Part shown: one piece after another, positions 27,966 to 37,166 of the stretch | Numbering within the stretch: the stretch's first letter is position 1 | Layout: each line of letters begins with the position of its first letter | Virus record (IMG/VR): IMGVR_UViG_3300029190_000103 | Length of the DNA stretch: 64,000 bases | Strand: one strand, 5' to 3' | Source of the DNA: a virus | Program-made: the position numbers and the translations under genes | Notes under the pieces: model-generated | The model's input: only the letters and a program-made list of their open reading frames with translations | Database searches by the model: none | Told to the model about the DNA's origin: nothing

Positions 27966-28172
27966 CTATAACCTTTCAAAATCAACTAAACAACCATTTT
28001 CATCTGTGTTAAAATCACCCAAAGCAAAGAATGTGCCTTCTACATTTACACCTAAAATTGGTTGCTTATCATAAAGCTTCTCAACTTTGTATATCTTACA
28101 TTTTTCAATATCATTTACACATTTGATTTTACTTCCAGCGATAATTCGCTTTCCTAGACGGTCTTTCATCAA
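27966..28172 (-). CDS. hypothetical protein (68 aa)
   Basis: ORF. Confidence 0.35.
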   Translation of the reverse strand: MMKDRLGKRIIAGSKIKCVNDIEKCKIYKVEKLYDKQPILGVNVEGTFFALGDFNTDENGCLVDFERL

Positions 28173-28501
28173 TATTGTTCCTCTACAGCATTTAACTTTT
28201 TACCTCTAAATCTTTTGTTTAAATCTACTACAGTATCTGCAAATCTGCCTTTATAGATATAATTCCCCATATAAACACAAACTTGTTCAATTATACCTTC
28301 TTGATTAATATAAACATAACCTCTTGTGGCGCATAGATATTTAATCAGCATAATACATCCATCGTCATTATCTTCTGCTTTCACTAAATAATGTTCACCA
28401 AAATACTTATTACTTTTATCATTAACCAATGTATCAAGATATTCGGTAAATTCACACTTATACGCTCTCATGTGTTTCACTTCTCCATTCTTCAAACTCA
28501 A
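28169..28501 (-). CDS. hypothetical protein (110 aa)
   Basis: ORF. Confidence 0.4.
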   Translation of the reverse strand: MSLKNGEVKHMRAYKCEFTEYLDTLVNDKSNKYFGEHYLVKAEDNDDGCIMLIKYLCATRGYVYINQEGIIEQVCVYMGNYIYKGRFADTVVDLNKRFRGKKLNAVEEQY

Positions 28502-28745
28502 AGCATTTTAAACGCTGACTTACTAAATTCATTGATGATATAGCTTCATAAAACTTATCTCCAACACAAAGATCAATATAAGTTGCATATGTACCATGGC
28601 AAGAACAGCCCCATCTCTTAATAGGAACTTTCAGTCTGAACACATCTCCTACCTTTAAATCCTTGAATCCTTGACTTGTTGTTTTCTTTAGTATCTTTTT
28701 AACCACATAATACGGTGTATATGCATAAATTACATCATTTCCCAT
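28458..28745 (-). CDS. hypothetical protein (95 aa)
   Basis: ORF. Confidence 0.35.
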   Translation of the reverse strand: MGNDVIYAYTPYYVVKKILKKTTSQGFKDLKVGDVFRLKVPIKRWGCSCHGTYATYIDLCVGDKFYEAISSMNLVSQRLKCFEFEEWRSETHESV

Positions 28746-28879
28746 TGTTTCTTTCCTCTACCAATCTGCACATATCCTCAATATCTTCACGTTTATTGCA
28801 ATAAACATCAATATAATGGTCTTCTACATGAATTCTTGTGTGCCACATAAATATTTGTAACTCAGCAAAAGTTGCCATG

Positions 28880-29128
28880 TTAATTTTTTGCATTGCAATC
28901 ACCACCGTTCTTATTAAACTGCTCTTTATTCAGTTTTCGTTGCTTTTGTTTGTATTTACAATTACCACCTATACAAACTCTGTGAGTACATGTATTGCAA
29001 GCTACTTCATAATGTCCACACGTTGGGCATTTTTCTATCATGTGTGTCATCTCGTGGTAATCACCACAATATGTACAGAGTTCGTCTGATGGTTCTAATA
29101 ACGGTTCGATTTCAATGTCTTTTCTCAT
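28880..29128 (-). CDS. Cys-rich zinc-ribbon small protein
   Basis: CTYCGDYHEM...CPTCGHYEVACNTCTHRVC. Confidence 0.4.
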   Translation of the reverse strand: MRKDIEIEPLLEPSDELCTYCGDYHEMTHMIEKCPTCGHYEVACNTCTHRVCIGGNCKYKQKQRKLNKEQFNKNGGDCNAKN

Positions 29129-29581
29129 TTAAGTTTCCTCCTTGATTACGTACCTTTTTATGTTGTATCCACTTTTCTTGTTCTTAATATCCTTGTACTG
29201 GATATCGTAATATGCCTTACACTGGCTAACTAAGTAAAGCGGTAGCTCAACACCAAATTTATAAACAATCTTCCCTTTGATATCGCTCAAAGTTGCGTTT
29301 TCAATGCATAATCCTTCAATTCCTAAATTATGCAAATACTTGATCAATGTCTTATCACACCCTACTAATACAACGTTGTTAGTTTCAAGGTAATAACTAG
29401 CAGCATATGTGAGTTCATAGAGTGCATTCTTCTTTGTATCACGCTCAATATTAAATCTAAGGAATGAATCTTGTGTAATTGCAACGTAAACGTCAACTCC
29501 ATCAGCATAAGCCTTCTTTGCATGCGCACGATTTACAACTGTCAAATTCAAATTTTGAGGTAATCTTTCTACTAATTCCAT
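29129..29581 (-). CDS. hypothetical protein (150 aa)
   Basis: ORF with RBS AAGGAG. Confidence 0.4.
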   Translation of the reverse strand: MELVERLPQNLNLTVVNRAHAKKAYADGVDVYVAITQDSFLRFNIERDTKKNALYELTYAASYYLETNNVVLVGCDKTLIKYLHNLGIEGLCIENATLSDIKGKIVYKFGVELPLYLVSQCKAYYDIQYKDIKNKKSGYNIKRYVIKEET

Positions 29582-29655
29582 AAAAACACACTCCTTTCCC
29601 TCATAAAATTTGTTAATTTTATACCCATTTTAGGGGTGAAAAAAGTACGTTTCGG

Positions 29656-30075
29656 CTATTTAAAGGCTTCTGCGTACTTGTTCAAAATTCTATTTAATTT
29701 CATTTCTTGTTGATTTAAACCTTCTTTATAATTACCATACGACATTTCACGGTATAATGATGCTTTCCATTCATAATATATTGTATCAATAGATATAATT
29801 AGATAAGCTAAGCAATGCAGATTATCAGCAAACTTATTATATATATAATTATATACGTAATTTTTACCTTTGAATTCTTCAACAACTGCAATAATTGCTT
29901 GATTTTCAATTAAATATAGACCTGAATTTCCCTCTACACAAGTTGAATCATCACTCTTGACCAATAACAATTCATAAAATGAAAGTTTAGCTAACTTTTT
30001 ATATTGTTCCGCTGTAATTTCTAAATCTTTGTCTAAATCTTCAAAATCTAAGTCTAAATCAATCTTATTCATCAT
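29656..30075 (-). CDS. hypothetical protein (139 aa)
   Basis: ORF. Confidence 0.4.
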   Translation of the reverse strand: MMNKIDLDLDFEDLDKDLEITAEQYKKLAKLSFYELLLVKSDDSTCVEGNSGLYLIENQAIIAVVEEFKGKNYVYNYIYNKFADNLHCLAYLIISIDTIYYEWKASLYREMSYGNYKEGLNQQEMKLNRILNKYAEAFK

Positions 30076-30358
30076 AAGCTCCTTCCACTGTTATAACAAT
30101 TCTGTTACATCCTGATAAATACTGAAATTCAATTTCATCAACTTCACTAGTTGCCAATGCTCTTATAATATCATTAAAATCAGGTAATGCTTTTATATTT
30201 CCAATATCATTCATTTCATCAGAGGAAACAATATAAAGTCCATGTGCCAACTCATATAAATTAAATTGTTCATGTCCTTCATAATTCCAGCCTACTCCAT
30301 TTTTACTAAAGTATTTAACATCATATCTCGTTGCCATTTTAATCCTCCTTGGCATCAA
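30065..30358 (-). CDS. hypothetical protein (97 aa)
   Basis: ORF. Confidence 0.4.
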   Translation of the reverse strand: MMPRRIKMATRYDVKYFSKNGVGWNYEGHEQFNLYELAHGLYIVSSDEMNDIGNIKALPDFNDIIRALATSEVDEIEFQYLSGCNRIVITVEGAYDE

Positions 30359-31406
30359 TTCCTGTAATCATTTTGAATTTATCTTCATCAAAATTAGGAA
30401 TATTTCTTATAATATCTTTTTCATGTTGTGTTAATGATTTCCACCATTCTTTTGTCGCATTAGATGTATCAAAAACTTTTAAATAACCGTGAGTCGTTTT
30501 ATAACTAGAATAACGTTCTTTTTCTTCATCAGTCATATCAAAATCATATACCCAATCAACTTTAAAATCTTTAATACGTAATAATATACGATAAGCTTCT
30601 GACCTACGCCATTGTTCAAATGTAATATCAGTATCTTTGTCAAAGAATTTTAACTTTTGATTAATTGTATTAAAACAACCAGAACAGAAAGAAGCTATAT
30701 TCCAATCTCCACTATTTTCATACCCTATATTGTGGTGTCCACTATTGTAATTTCCAGTGTTGTAATCTCCAGTGTTTCGACATCCTTTGTTGTAATTTCC
30801 AGTGTTGTAATCTCCAGTGTTGTGACCACCACTATTGTAGTGCCCGATATTACAATTCCAAGTGTTACGGTAACCTCTATTGCGAATTCCTGTATTCCAA
30901 AAACCTCTATTTTGATTTCCTGTATTATAATCACCACTATTGTAGTCACCAACATTTTTATTACCGCTATTGTAATTACCAGTGTTATTGTCGCCGCTAT
31001 TTTCATCACCAACGTTTCTATCGCCACTATTCCAATTTCCAATATTTTCATTTCCACTATTACGCCTACCAATATTTTTAAAACCTGTATTTAAATGCCC
31101 CATATTAACAAGTTCAAGAACTTCATGCCACGATAATTCACGATCAATTCTGATTTTATTTGTTGCACATTTTGAATCTTCTCCATCGCAATCAACATCA
31201 CCAAGTGCGGTTACTTCTGCTACTTTATTTTCAGGATCAAAAGGATAATAATTAAAACAATCTAGCACATTCTTACAAAAATGAAATCCATCGCTGCAAC
31301 ATTGTGGATTTACTTTTTCTTTAAATGTTCTTCCCACTTCGTACTGAAACCCTCTACACGTCCAATCATGGTTAAAAACTTTATAACCTTTAACTTTCTT
31401 TCTCAT
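30339..31406 (-). CDS. Asn/Gly-rich five-residue-repeat (N-x-G-D/N-x) beta-solenoid-like protein with Cys/His-containing N-terminal domain
   Basis: About 24 consecutive units such as NSGDR NVGDE NSGDN NTGNY NSGNK NVGDY between a C/H-rich N-terminal domain (WTCRGF...QCCSDGFHFC) and a 100 aa C-terminal domain. Confidence 0.55.
   Translation of the reverse strand: MRKKVKGYKVFNHDWTCRGFQYEVGRTFKEKVNPQCCSDGFHFCKNVLDCFNYYPFDPENKVAEVTALGDVDCDGEDSKCATNKIRIDRELSWHEVLELVNMGHLNTGFKNIGRRNSGNENIGNWNSGDRNVGDENSGDNNTGNYNSGNKNVGDYNSGDYNTGNQNRGFWNTGIRNRGYRNTWNCNIGHYNSGGHNTGDYNTGNYNKGCRNTGDYNTGNYNSGHHNIGYENSGDWNIASFCSGCFNTINQKLKFFDKDTDITFEQWRRSEAYRILLRIKDFKVDWVYDFDMTDEEKERYSSYKTTHGYLKVFDTSNATKEWWKSLTQHEKDIIRNIPNFDEDKFKMITGIDAKED
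30745..30821. repeat. exact 32 nt direct duplication inside the repeat-protein gene
   Basis: TTGTAATTTCCAGTGTTGTAATCTCCAGTGTT at 30745-30776 and 30790-30821, 13 nt apart. Confidence 0.8.
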
Positions 31407-31416
31407 ACCAATCCTC

Positions 31417-32142
31417 CTAAATACTCTCTAAATTATCTTTCATATCTTCCTCAAATTGCTCTGATTCTACATATGTTTGATATTCACTTATCCTATCCAT
31501 AACTCTTTTTAATTCATAGTCTTCAAGTTTTCTTTTTACAATTTCTAATTTTTCTTCATCCTTAATAGATTGTAAAAATACGATGTATAGGTCTGTTAAT
31601 AAGTGATATACATGTTGTTCTTTAAAATTGTACATTAGAATATCAAATTGAGAATTATTGTTGGTATACGAATAAACATACGCATCTCTAATTTCCTCAT
31701 TTGTGACACCTTCGCTGTCTAAGAATTCGTTAGCAATACATTCTAACTTCTCATTTTCAATACGCTCCTGTTCCAATAAATTGCCATAACCATCAGCATA
31801 ACATATTAAATGAATTTTTTCATAGTATCCAATTAATCTAAAGATAGTTCCATTTATTCTTTTAATAAGCATATTCACGCTATCACGTTTTATTGGATAA
31901 GCAACTATGTCACTTATTTCTTTGCTACTATACTTGTTTTTAAGTTTGATACAAAATACAATTACACTGTCAATTGTTTTAATTGATTCCATGTTCAATG
32001 TTATTACATAATCGCCATAATCAAATAAAGTCCATATCTTATCCCATAATTTTGGGTTTAAGTAGTTCTTGATGATAAAGCTATAATCCATTTCATATAC
32101 TTTTATTATAGGTACCATTTTATTCCTCCTACGCTTTTGCAA
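31417..32142 (-). CDS. hypothetical protein (241 aa)
   Basis: ORF. Confidence 0.4.
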   Translation of the reverse strand: MQKRRRNKMVPIIKVYEMDYSFIIKNYLNPKLWDKIWTLFDYGDYVITLNMESIKTIDSVIVFCIKLKNKYSSKEISDIVAYPIKRDSVNMLIKRINGTIFRLIGYYEKIHLICYADGYGNLLEQERIENEKLECIANEFLDSEGVTNEEIRDAYVYSYTNNNSQFDILMYNFKEQHVYHLLTDLYIVFLQSIKDEEKLEIVKRKLEDYELKRVMDRISEYQTYVESEQFEEDMKDNLESI

Positions 32143-32911
32143 TTAAAGTCTGAATGTACTCCAAACCTTTTGGTGTTACCATTGTTTCCTTGAATTTCTC
32201 AATCGTTCCGTTATTGTCATATGTACGTTCTGTAACTGTAAGGAAACCATCAGTCTTAGCCTTCTTTAACGGTAATCTCCACCCTGACTTTGTAGACCTT
32301 GTCAATTTACCACGTTCCATGATATCCCACATCTTCTCCAAGTTAGCAATCTTGTATCCATTGCTCACAAGGTAGTTATAGGCTTCCTCGACGGTCAAAG
32401 CATCATCGTCTACAGGTATTTCAGCCAACTGTTCTTCTTGCTTATCAAGACGTTCTACGAGCTTATTGACGATAGCTGTAAGATTATTTACAGTGTCTTG
32501 CATGACTTTGAAACTATCAGCCAATGACATAACGATCGTTGCAAGCTGTTGAGTATTTAATGCTGTTTCTTTTGCCTTTTCCTCAATCGTGACAAAGTAA
32601 TCACGTGCTTGTTCGCCTTTCTCATTATTGGTAGCCATTGATAGTTTCTTGGCAAATTGGGCGGTTAGTTTAGCATCACGTGTTGGTCTACCTCCAAGAG
32701 GGTTTTCTTCTTCAATGAGGAAAACTATATAATCTTCATTTTCTGTTGCAAATTTATTATCTACAATATTTTTATTAAACCATCTGGAATAATTTTTCAT
32801 ATTTAATTCCAAAAACTCATACAGCTTTCTTGCTGTTGTCATTCCATTTTCGTCTACACCTAATGCAATCTCAATCGGTGTTTTGTCTGTTGTTTCAATA
32901 ATGTTATCCAT
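32129..32911 (-). CDS. AntA/AntB-type phage antirepressor-like protein
   Basis: N-terminal TARKLYEFLELNMKNYSRWFNKNIVDNKFATENEDY resembles the AntA domain. Confidence 0.5.
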   Translation of the reverse strand: MDNIIETTDKTPIEIALGVDENGMTTARKLYEFLELNMKNYSRWFNKNIVDNKFATENEDYIVFLIEEENPLGGRPTRDAKLTAQFAKKLSMATNNEKGEQARDYFVTIEEKAKETALNTQQLATIVMSLADSFKVMQDTVNNLTAIVNKLVERLDKQEEQLAEIPVDDDALTVEEAYNYLVSNGYKIANLEKMWDIMERGKLTRSTKSGWRLPLKKAKTDGFLTVTERTYDNNGTIEKFKETMVTPKGLEYIQTLIAKA

Positions 32912-32930
32912 TGTTTATTCCTTTCCTTTA

Positions 32931-32959
32931 TTTACCATCTTTTCACAATATGCTATTAT
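32931..32959 (+). promoter_or_regulatory. sigma-70-like promoter with extended -10 for the lone plus-strand gene
   Basis: -35 TTTACC (32931-36), 17 nt spacer, TGCTATTAT extended -10 (32951-59). Confidence 0.5.
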
Positions 32960-32984
32960 AGTTATTATGAAAGGGGGTTCTACT

Positions 32985-33278
32985 ATGCTTATAACTGAAC
33001 ATTTAGTATTTGATGATATGTCTGATGACGAATTAAGACAATATATTAATGAAGCTAAATTTTTGATTAACCTACTTATCCAAGCAAATGATAAAGATTT
33101 CAAATTAGAATTCAAAGACCTTGCAGATGATATGAATTCCATAAATGAAATGATTACTTTTATCTACGAAAACGGTCAAGAAATTGAAGTGCCTGTTCGT
33201 GATATGATTGAAAAGACCATAATTGCTATGAATAGGGGTAAAAATGTAATGAATGATTATTACGGTTTATCTAAATAA
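32985..33278 (+). CDS. small acidic protein (97 aa) in a reverse-oriented autonomous cassette
   Basis: ATG at 32985 preceded by RBS AAGGGGG 7 nt upstream; a terminator follows directly. Confidence 0.55.
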   Translation: MLITEHLVFDDMSDDELRQYINEAKFLINLLIQANDKDFKLEFKDLADDMNSINEMITFIYENGQEIEVPVRDMIEKTIIAMNRGKNVMNDYYGLSK

Positions 33279-33306
33279 CACATAACTTCATGTGTTATTT
33301 TTTTTG
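33277..33306 (+). terminator. intrinsic terminator (probably bidirectional)
   Basis: Stem AACACAT-AACTTC-ATGTGTT followed by T9; the minus-strand gene 33295-33780 ends inside the hairpin. Confidence 0.65.
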
Positions 33307-33780
33307 TTCCTCCGTTCTGAAATAATACTTTTTCAATCTTTCTTTGCCGATTTCTTCAATTGCTTTTTGTGCTAATTCTGTGGTATCAAAGTAAATTGTT
33401 CCATAATTATAATAGGGACAATTTGGTATAGAAATTTCCGAATTATCTACTTCCATACGTATCATATAATTACTACAATCATGAGAAAACGTTCTTCTGC
33501 CATATTTCAACATGATAACTTCTATTTTTCGGAGTTCATGTTCAAACTCAGCATCTTGTTTTGTTAAAAAAGCACGACCTATTTCTCTTTTATGGATTTC
33601 AACACCATCATTATCCCAATTAATGTTATAAATATCTCCAAAACTATCAATACACCAATATTCATCTCCTTTCTCCAATTCCCATATCGTTTTAGGTTTT
33701 GGTTTCTTTAACACCTTTGCTAGTTCTTCTTCTATCACTTCATAATCTGCATACTTATCCATAATTTCTTTTAGTTTCAT
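33295..33780 (-). CDS. hypothetical protein (161 aa)
   Basis: ORF. Confidence 0.4.
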   Translation of the reverse strand: MKLKEIMDKYADYEVIEEELAKVLKKPKPKTIWELEKGDEYWCIDSFGDIYNINWDNDGVEIHKREIGRAFLTKQDAEFEHELRKIEVIMLKYGRRTFSHDCSNYMIRMEVDNSEISIPNCPYYNYGTIYFDTTELAQKAIEEIGKERLKKYYFRTEEQKK

Positions 33781-33783
33781 ATT

Positions 33784-34026
33784 TTAACCCATCCTTTCTA
33801 CTTCTTTGCATTTACGTTCATATTCACGTTTAAACTCGTCCAATAACGCCTGTTTTGCTTCCTTTATCGTCTTAAAGCAATCAGATTCTTCCATCATATA
33901 TGACATACCATAACATCCGTATAAAACTCTATTAAAATCTAATTTTATATCAGTTACATAACCAAACTTTATCTGTTCTTGGTCAATGTAATAAAATCCT
34001 TCATTTAATTCAAATTTAGCCTTCAT
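33784..34026 (-). CDS. hypothetical protein (80 aa)
   Basis: ORF. Confidence 0.4.
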   Translation of the reverse strand: MKAKFELNEGFYYIDQEQIKFGYVTDIKLDFNRVLYGCYGMSYMMEESDCFKTIKEAKQALLDEFKREYERKCKEVERMG

Positions 34027-34035
34027 ATTTTCCTC

Positions 34036-34275
34036 CTACACATTAATCGTGTTATTTGATACTTCGGCAAATTGCACATGAATTCCATTTTGCTGTAAAT
34101 CTTCAACTAGATCCATAACATTAACTTTTCGTTTCCCAGCATTAGCTTGTCTTATCTTTGCGTTGTAAAATTCACGTTGCAATTGCCTGTATTTAATTTC
34201 TTCATCATTGAAAGTGACGATACCATAGATATTCGTTCTATCCATGGTATCTCTCACAACTGCTGTCTTTAACAT
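34036..34275 (-). CDS. hypothetical protein (79 aa)
   Basis: ORF. Confidence 0.4.
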   Translation of the reverse strand: MLKTAVVRDTMDRTNIYGIVTFNDEEIKYRQLQREFYNAKIRQANAGKRKVNVMDLVEDLQQNGIHVQFAEVSNNTINV

Positions 34276-34532
34276 TTCAAATCATCCTCATCTTTCAAAG
34301 GTTTGAGTTTTTTCTTAACAAACTTGTAAATACGTTCGTTTACCTGTTTATAATCCTCTTTATCAGTGCTAACCATAAGTTTTTTAACACATTCGTCCAT
34401 TAACGGTGTATCAACTACCTCAAACAGACATGAGCGACCACTTCTATCTTTTACATTGAGCTTTTTGTCAATGACCTTACACATTTGCATAATTTCATTT
34501 TCACACGCTAACCTATTTCTTACTACTTTCAT
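34269..34532 (-). CDS. hypothetical protein (87 aa)
   Basis: ORF. Confidence 0.4.
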   Translation of the reverse strand: MKVVRNRLACENEIMQMCKVIDKKLNVKDRSGRSCLFEVVDTPLMDECVKKLMVSTDKEDYKQVNERIYKFVKKKLKPLKDEDDLKC

Positions 34533-34699
34533 TCCAATACCTCCAATGCACCAATCTTGATTTCATAAATCGCTCGCTCATAACCATCTCCATAGCCAAT
34601 CTCATAATCAGCGTTGAAGTAATCTTTTTGCCACAAATAAAGGTTGCCTACGAGCGATACAGCTAACAAGCAACCTAATACACATATTAACTTTTTCAT
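34529..34699 (-). CDS. small secreted/membrane protein (56 aa)
   Basis: ATG ORF MKKLICVLGCLLAVSLVGNLYLWQ... with RBS AAGGAG; hydrophobic N-terminus; below the track threshold. Confidence 0.35.
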   Translation of the reverse strand: MKKLICVLGCLLAVSLVGNLYLWQKDYFNADYEIGYGDGYERAIYEIKIGALEVLE

Positions 34700-34711
34700 A
34701 TCCTAAACTCC

Positions 34712-35524
34712 TTATTTCAGCTTAAAAAGTTCATTTATATTCACGTGGTCAATTCCAATATATACAAATTCTGCTGAATTATCATGTGCTTCTTTTAAGC
34801 TACATGAGTATGCACACATATCTCCAATATAGCTGTCCGCATTAAATTCCTCATGTTCATCTGCTGTTTCTTTAATATAATCTCTAGCAATTTGGAAATT
34901 ATCTGTAATTACATTACTCCATTTTGAGCCATCTTTTTCTTTTATATAAACAATATATGCTTCTTGTTTATTTTCAGGTACATTCCACAAGAAACACTCT
35001 AGTATGCCACATAACATTGTGAAACCATATAAACTTCCATCTTCATTTTCTTCAAAGTTATCTGCGTATAAATCGCCAGCTTTTCTTTCTAACTCAGTTA
35101 ACGTTCTATCAAACAAATTAGGATCGAGCGCTAATTTATCTGCAAAATCCTCAGTATAAATAGCTGGGCAATAGTACTCGCTATCATTTACCATTTCTAT
35201 CCATTCTTGTAACAATGGACTACATGTACTGATATTAGGCTTATTTGTTAACTCACGATAATAGCAATCTTGATTCAAGATATCTTCAATCAGCTGTTTA
35301 TCAACTTCATCATTTTCGTTATATATTTCGCCAGACACGAATACATGACCTTCTTTGTTGTTAACCCAATATATAATGTCGTATAATTCATATTCATCTT
35401 CGCCTTCGGTTATTGTTGTGTCAAAACACGCAACCACTTTGACACCATTAAATTCCTTTTCTCTTTCACCGTTTTTAACTTGTTCTAAGTATCTTAATTC
35501 TGCTTCATTAACTTCTATTGACAT
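34712..35524 (-). CDS. hypothetical acidic protein (270 aa)
   Basis: ORF. Confidence 0.4.
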   Translation of the reverse strand: MSIEVNEAELRYLEQVKNGEREKEFNGVKVVACFDTTITEGEDEYELYDIIYWVNNKEGHVFVSGEIYNENDEVDKQLIEDILNQDCYYRELTNKPNISTCSPLLQEWIEMVNDSEYYCPAIYTEDFADKLALDPNLFDRTLTELERKAGDLYADNFEENEDGSLYGFTMLCGILECFLWNVPENKQEAYIVYIKEKDGSKWSNVITDNFQIARDYIKETADEHEEFNADSYIGDMCAYSCSLKEAHDNSAEFVYIGIDHVNINELFKLK

Positions 35525-35546
35525 ATCATTTTCCTCCTGTCATTGT

Positions 35547-36062
35547 TTAACATTCATCACTTATATCTAAGTTGCTATTAACATCAATAAATTTTATTAA
35601 TTCATCATAAAGTTTTAAAATTGCATTTCTTGAATCTTTAGCATAATCAATTGCTTCATCAATAGAACAATCTCCATTAGCATTTTTCATGTATAATAAT
35701 GCTTCCCTTGTAGTATCAAAATAGTGCCACAATGTATATATTTCACAAATTAATGTTCCAGTATATCCTCCATCATATAATTGGATGTTAAAACGATAAC
35801 CTTCGTCTTTATGTATAAAACAATATTCTCTTACATCAGTTGTAAACTTTTCTACATGCCAACCTAACTCGTTTGCTTTCTTGATAACATCTTCAATACT
35901 TGGCTCGTAATTCGAGTATTTACTAACTTCTCTGTATACTCTATCAATAGCAGTGTTCCAACCTCTTGTAAATTCACTTTTTCCACCATTAGTGTGAATT
36001 TCTGTTATGATTTCCAATACTTTATCTAAGTTTACTAGCATATTAATCATCCTCACTTTCAT
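35547..36062 (-). CDS. hypothetical protein (171 aa)
   Basis: ORF. Confidence 0.4.
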   Translation of the reverse strand: MKVRMINMLVNLDKVLEIITEIHTNGGKSEFTRGWNTAIDRVYREVSKYSNYEPSIEDVIKKANELGWHVEKFTTDVREYCFIHKDEGYRFNIQLYDGGYTGTLICEIYTLWHYFDTTREALLYMKNANGDCSIDEAIDYAKDSRNAILKLYDELIKFIDVNSNLDISDEC

Positions 36063-36534
36063 CTTTATCCCAATATGACTTTATCATTGAAAATTCATAA
36101 ATACCGTTTTTCTTTTCGTATGTAACCGCAAATAAATCTCTTTCTGTACATAGCTCATCTCTAAATACCATTATTTCCATTTCTCCACCTTTACCATATA
36201 TACCTTCATAACTTATATCGGTGTAGCGGCCTAAACGTTTTTCTAAATATTCCTCAATATAAGCAACATCAACCTCTTCAAAAGTGTTGCTAAAATGTTC
36301 TAAGCACTCAATAATTATTTTGTCTATTATTTTATGTTGCTTATCTAAATCATTCATTATCCTACTTTTTATTTCTTCTAAATTACGTAAATTTTGCTCA
36401 ATATTTTCTAAGTTTTCATATTCTTTCATGTCATTAGTCCTCACTTTCTTATAATGCATTTCTACATATCTTTTTAAGATTTCCACATATCTTGCTAATA
36501 CTCGTACGATTGATTCGTTGTTTGCACAATTCAT
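36043..36534 (-). CDS. hypothetical protein (163 aa)
   Basis: ORF. Confidence 0.4.
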   Translation of the reverse strand: MNCANNESIVRVLARYVEILKRYVEMHYKKVRTNDMKEYENLENIEQNLRNLEEIKSRIMNDLDKQHKIIDKIIIECLEHFSNTFEEVDVAYIEEYLEKRLGRYTDISYEGIYGKGGEMEIMVFRDELCTERDLFAVTYEKKNGIYEFSMIKSYWDKDESEDD

Positions 36535-36805
36535 CTTCTAAAGCATCACATTCCTCCTTAACTTCTAAAAATCCATTTCTATAGCTTTCACACTCTGCTT
36601 CAAAGCATTCACAATCTGTTTGAGCCTTATGATATGCAACGTCTGTTTGCTTGATAAGTTCTTGTATTAATTCGCCTAAATCATCACTTATGTTCTGCCT
36701 TACATGTTCAGCTATTTCTTGATAGCTTTTAAAGAACTCATACTGCCCATTAATATATAATTTCATGTATATTCCTCCTAAAACATTCTTCTTGAATGTT
36801 TGCAT
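36449..36805 (-). CDS. hypothetical protein (118 aa)
   Basis: ORF. Confidence 0.35.
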   Translation of the reverse strand: MQTFKKNVLGGIYMKLYINGQYEFFKSYQEIAEHVRQNISDDLGELIQELIKQTDVAYHKAQTDCECFEAECESYRNGFLEVKEECDALEDELCKQRINRTSISKICGNLKKICRNAL

Positions 36806-36856
36806 ATAATCTGTTAAAATGAAGGCAGGAAGTATTACTACAACCTGCCTAAGTAA

Positions 36857-37042
36857 TTAGCGGTCAATCCACTTTTTAGGGAAATAGACAGCTATATTAG
36901 GAGCATTGAGTACCACCATAAACAGCACTAAGCCGATGATAAGTGCTGGGTAACTCAATGTGCAACAAAACGTGTAATTTAGTGTCATGCTTGCAAGGGA
37001 TAACGCTACAAACACACGTTTTTTTGGTGTATAACGATACAT
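36857..37042 (-). CDS. small membrane protein (61 aa)
   Basis: Two hydrophobic segments. Confidence 0.35.
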   Translation of the reverse strand: MYRYTPKKRVFVALSLASMTLNYTFCCTLSYPALIIGLVLFMVVLNAPNIAVYFPKKWIDR

Positions 37043-37134
37043 ACTATCATCTCCTTTCGTATCGTTTGAGGTGTTGGCAGATGATTTACTGCCCCCGTTG
37101 ACACCTCATGTAAGCTATGAATGGTTTTATTAAA

Positions 37135-37166
37135 GGGTGCCTTTTACAGCACCCTGTGTTTTTTAT
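37135..37166. terminator. intrinsic terminator hairpin (either or both orientations)
   Basis: GGGTGC-CTTTTACA-GCACCC followed by TGTGTTTTTT on the plus strand and preceded by A/T-rich sequence; lies just past the end of 37163-37414. Confidence 0.5.

Noticed and set aside
30700-31090. Possible CRISPR-like array suggested by the regular nucleotide repeats
   Set aside because: The repeats are in frame and encode the pentameric protein repeat. There are no unique spacers and no cas genes nearby.
30657-31094. Plus-strand ORF 30657-31094 and nested minus ORF 30725-31072 with low-complexity I/T/V-rich translations
   Set aside because: They are alternate-frame or antisense readings of the repetitive DNA that encodes the N-x-G-x-x repeat protein, not independent genes.
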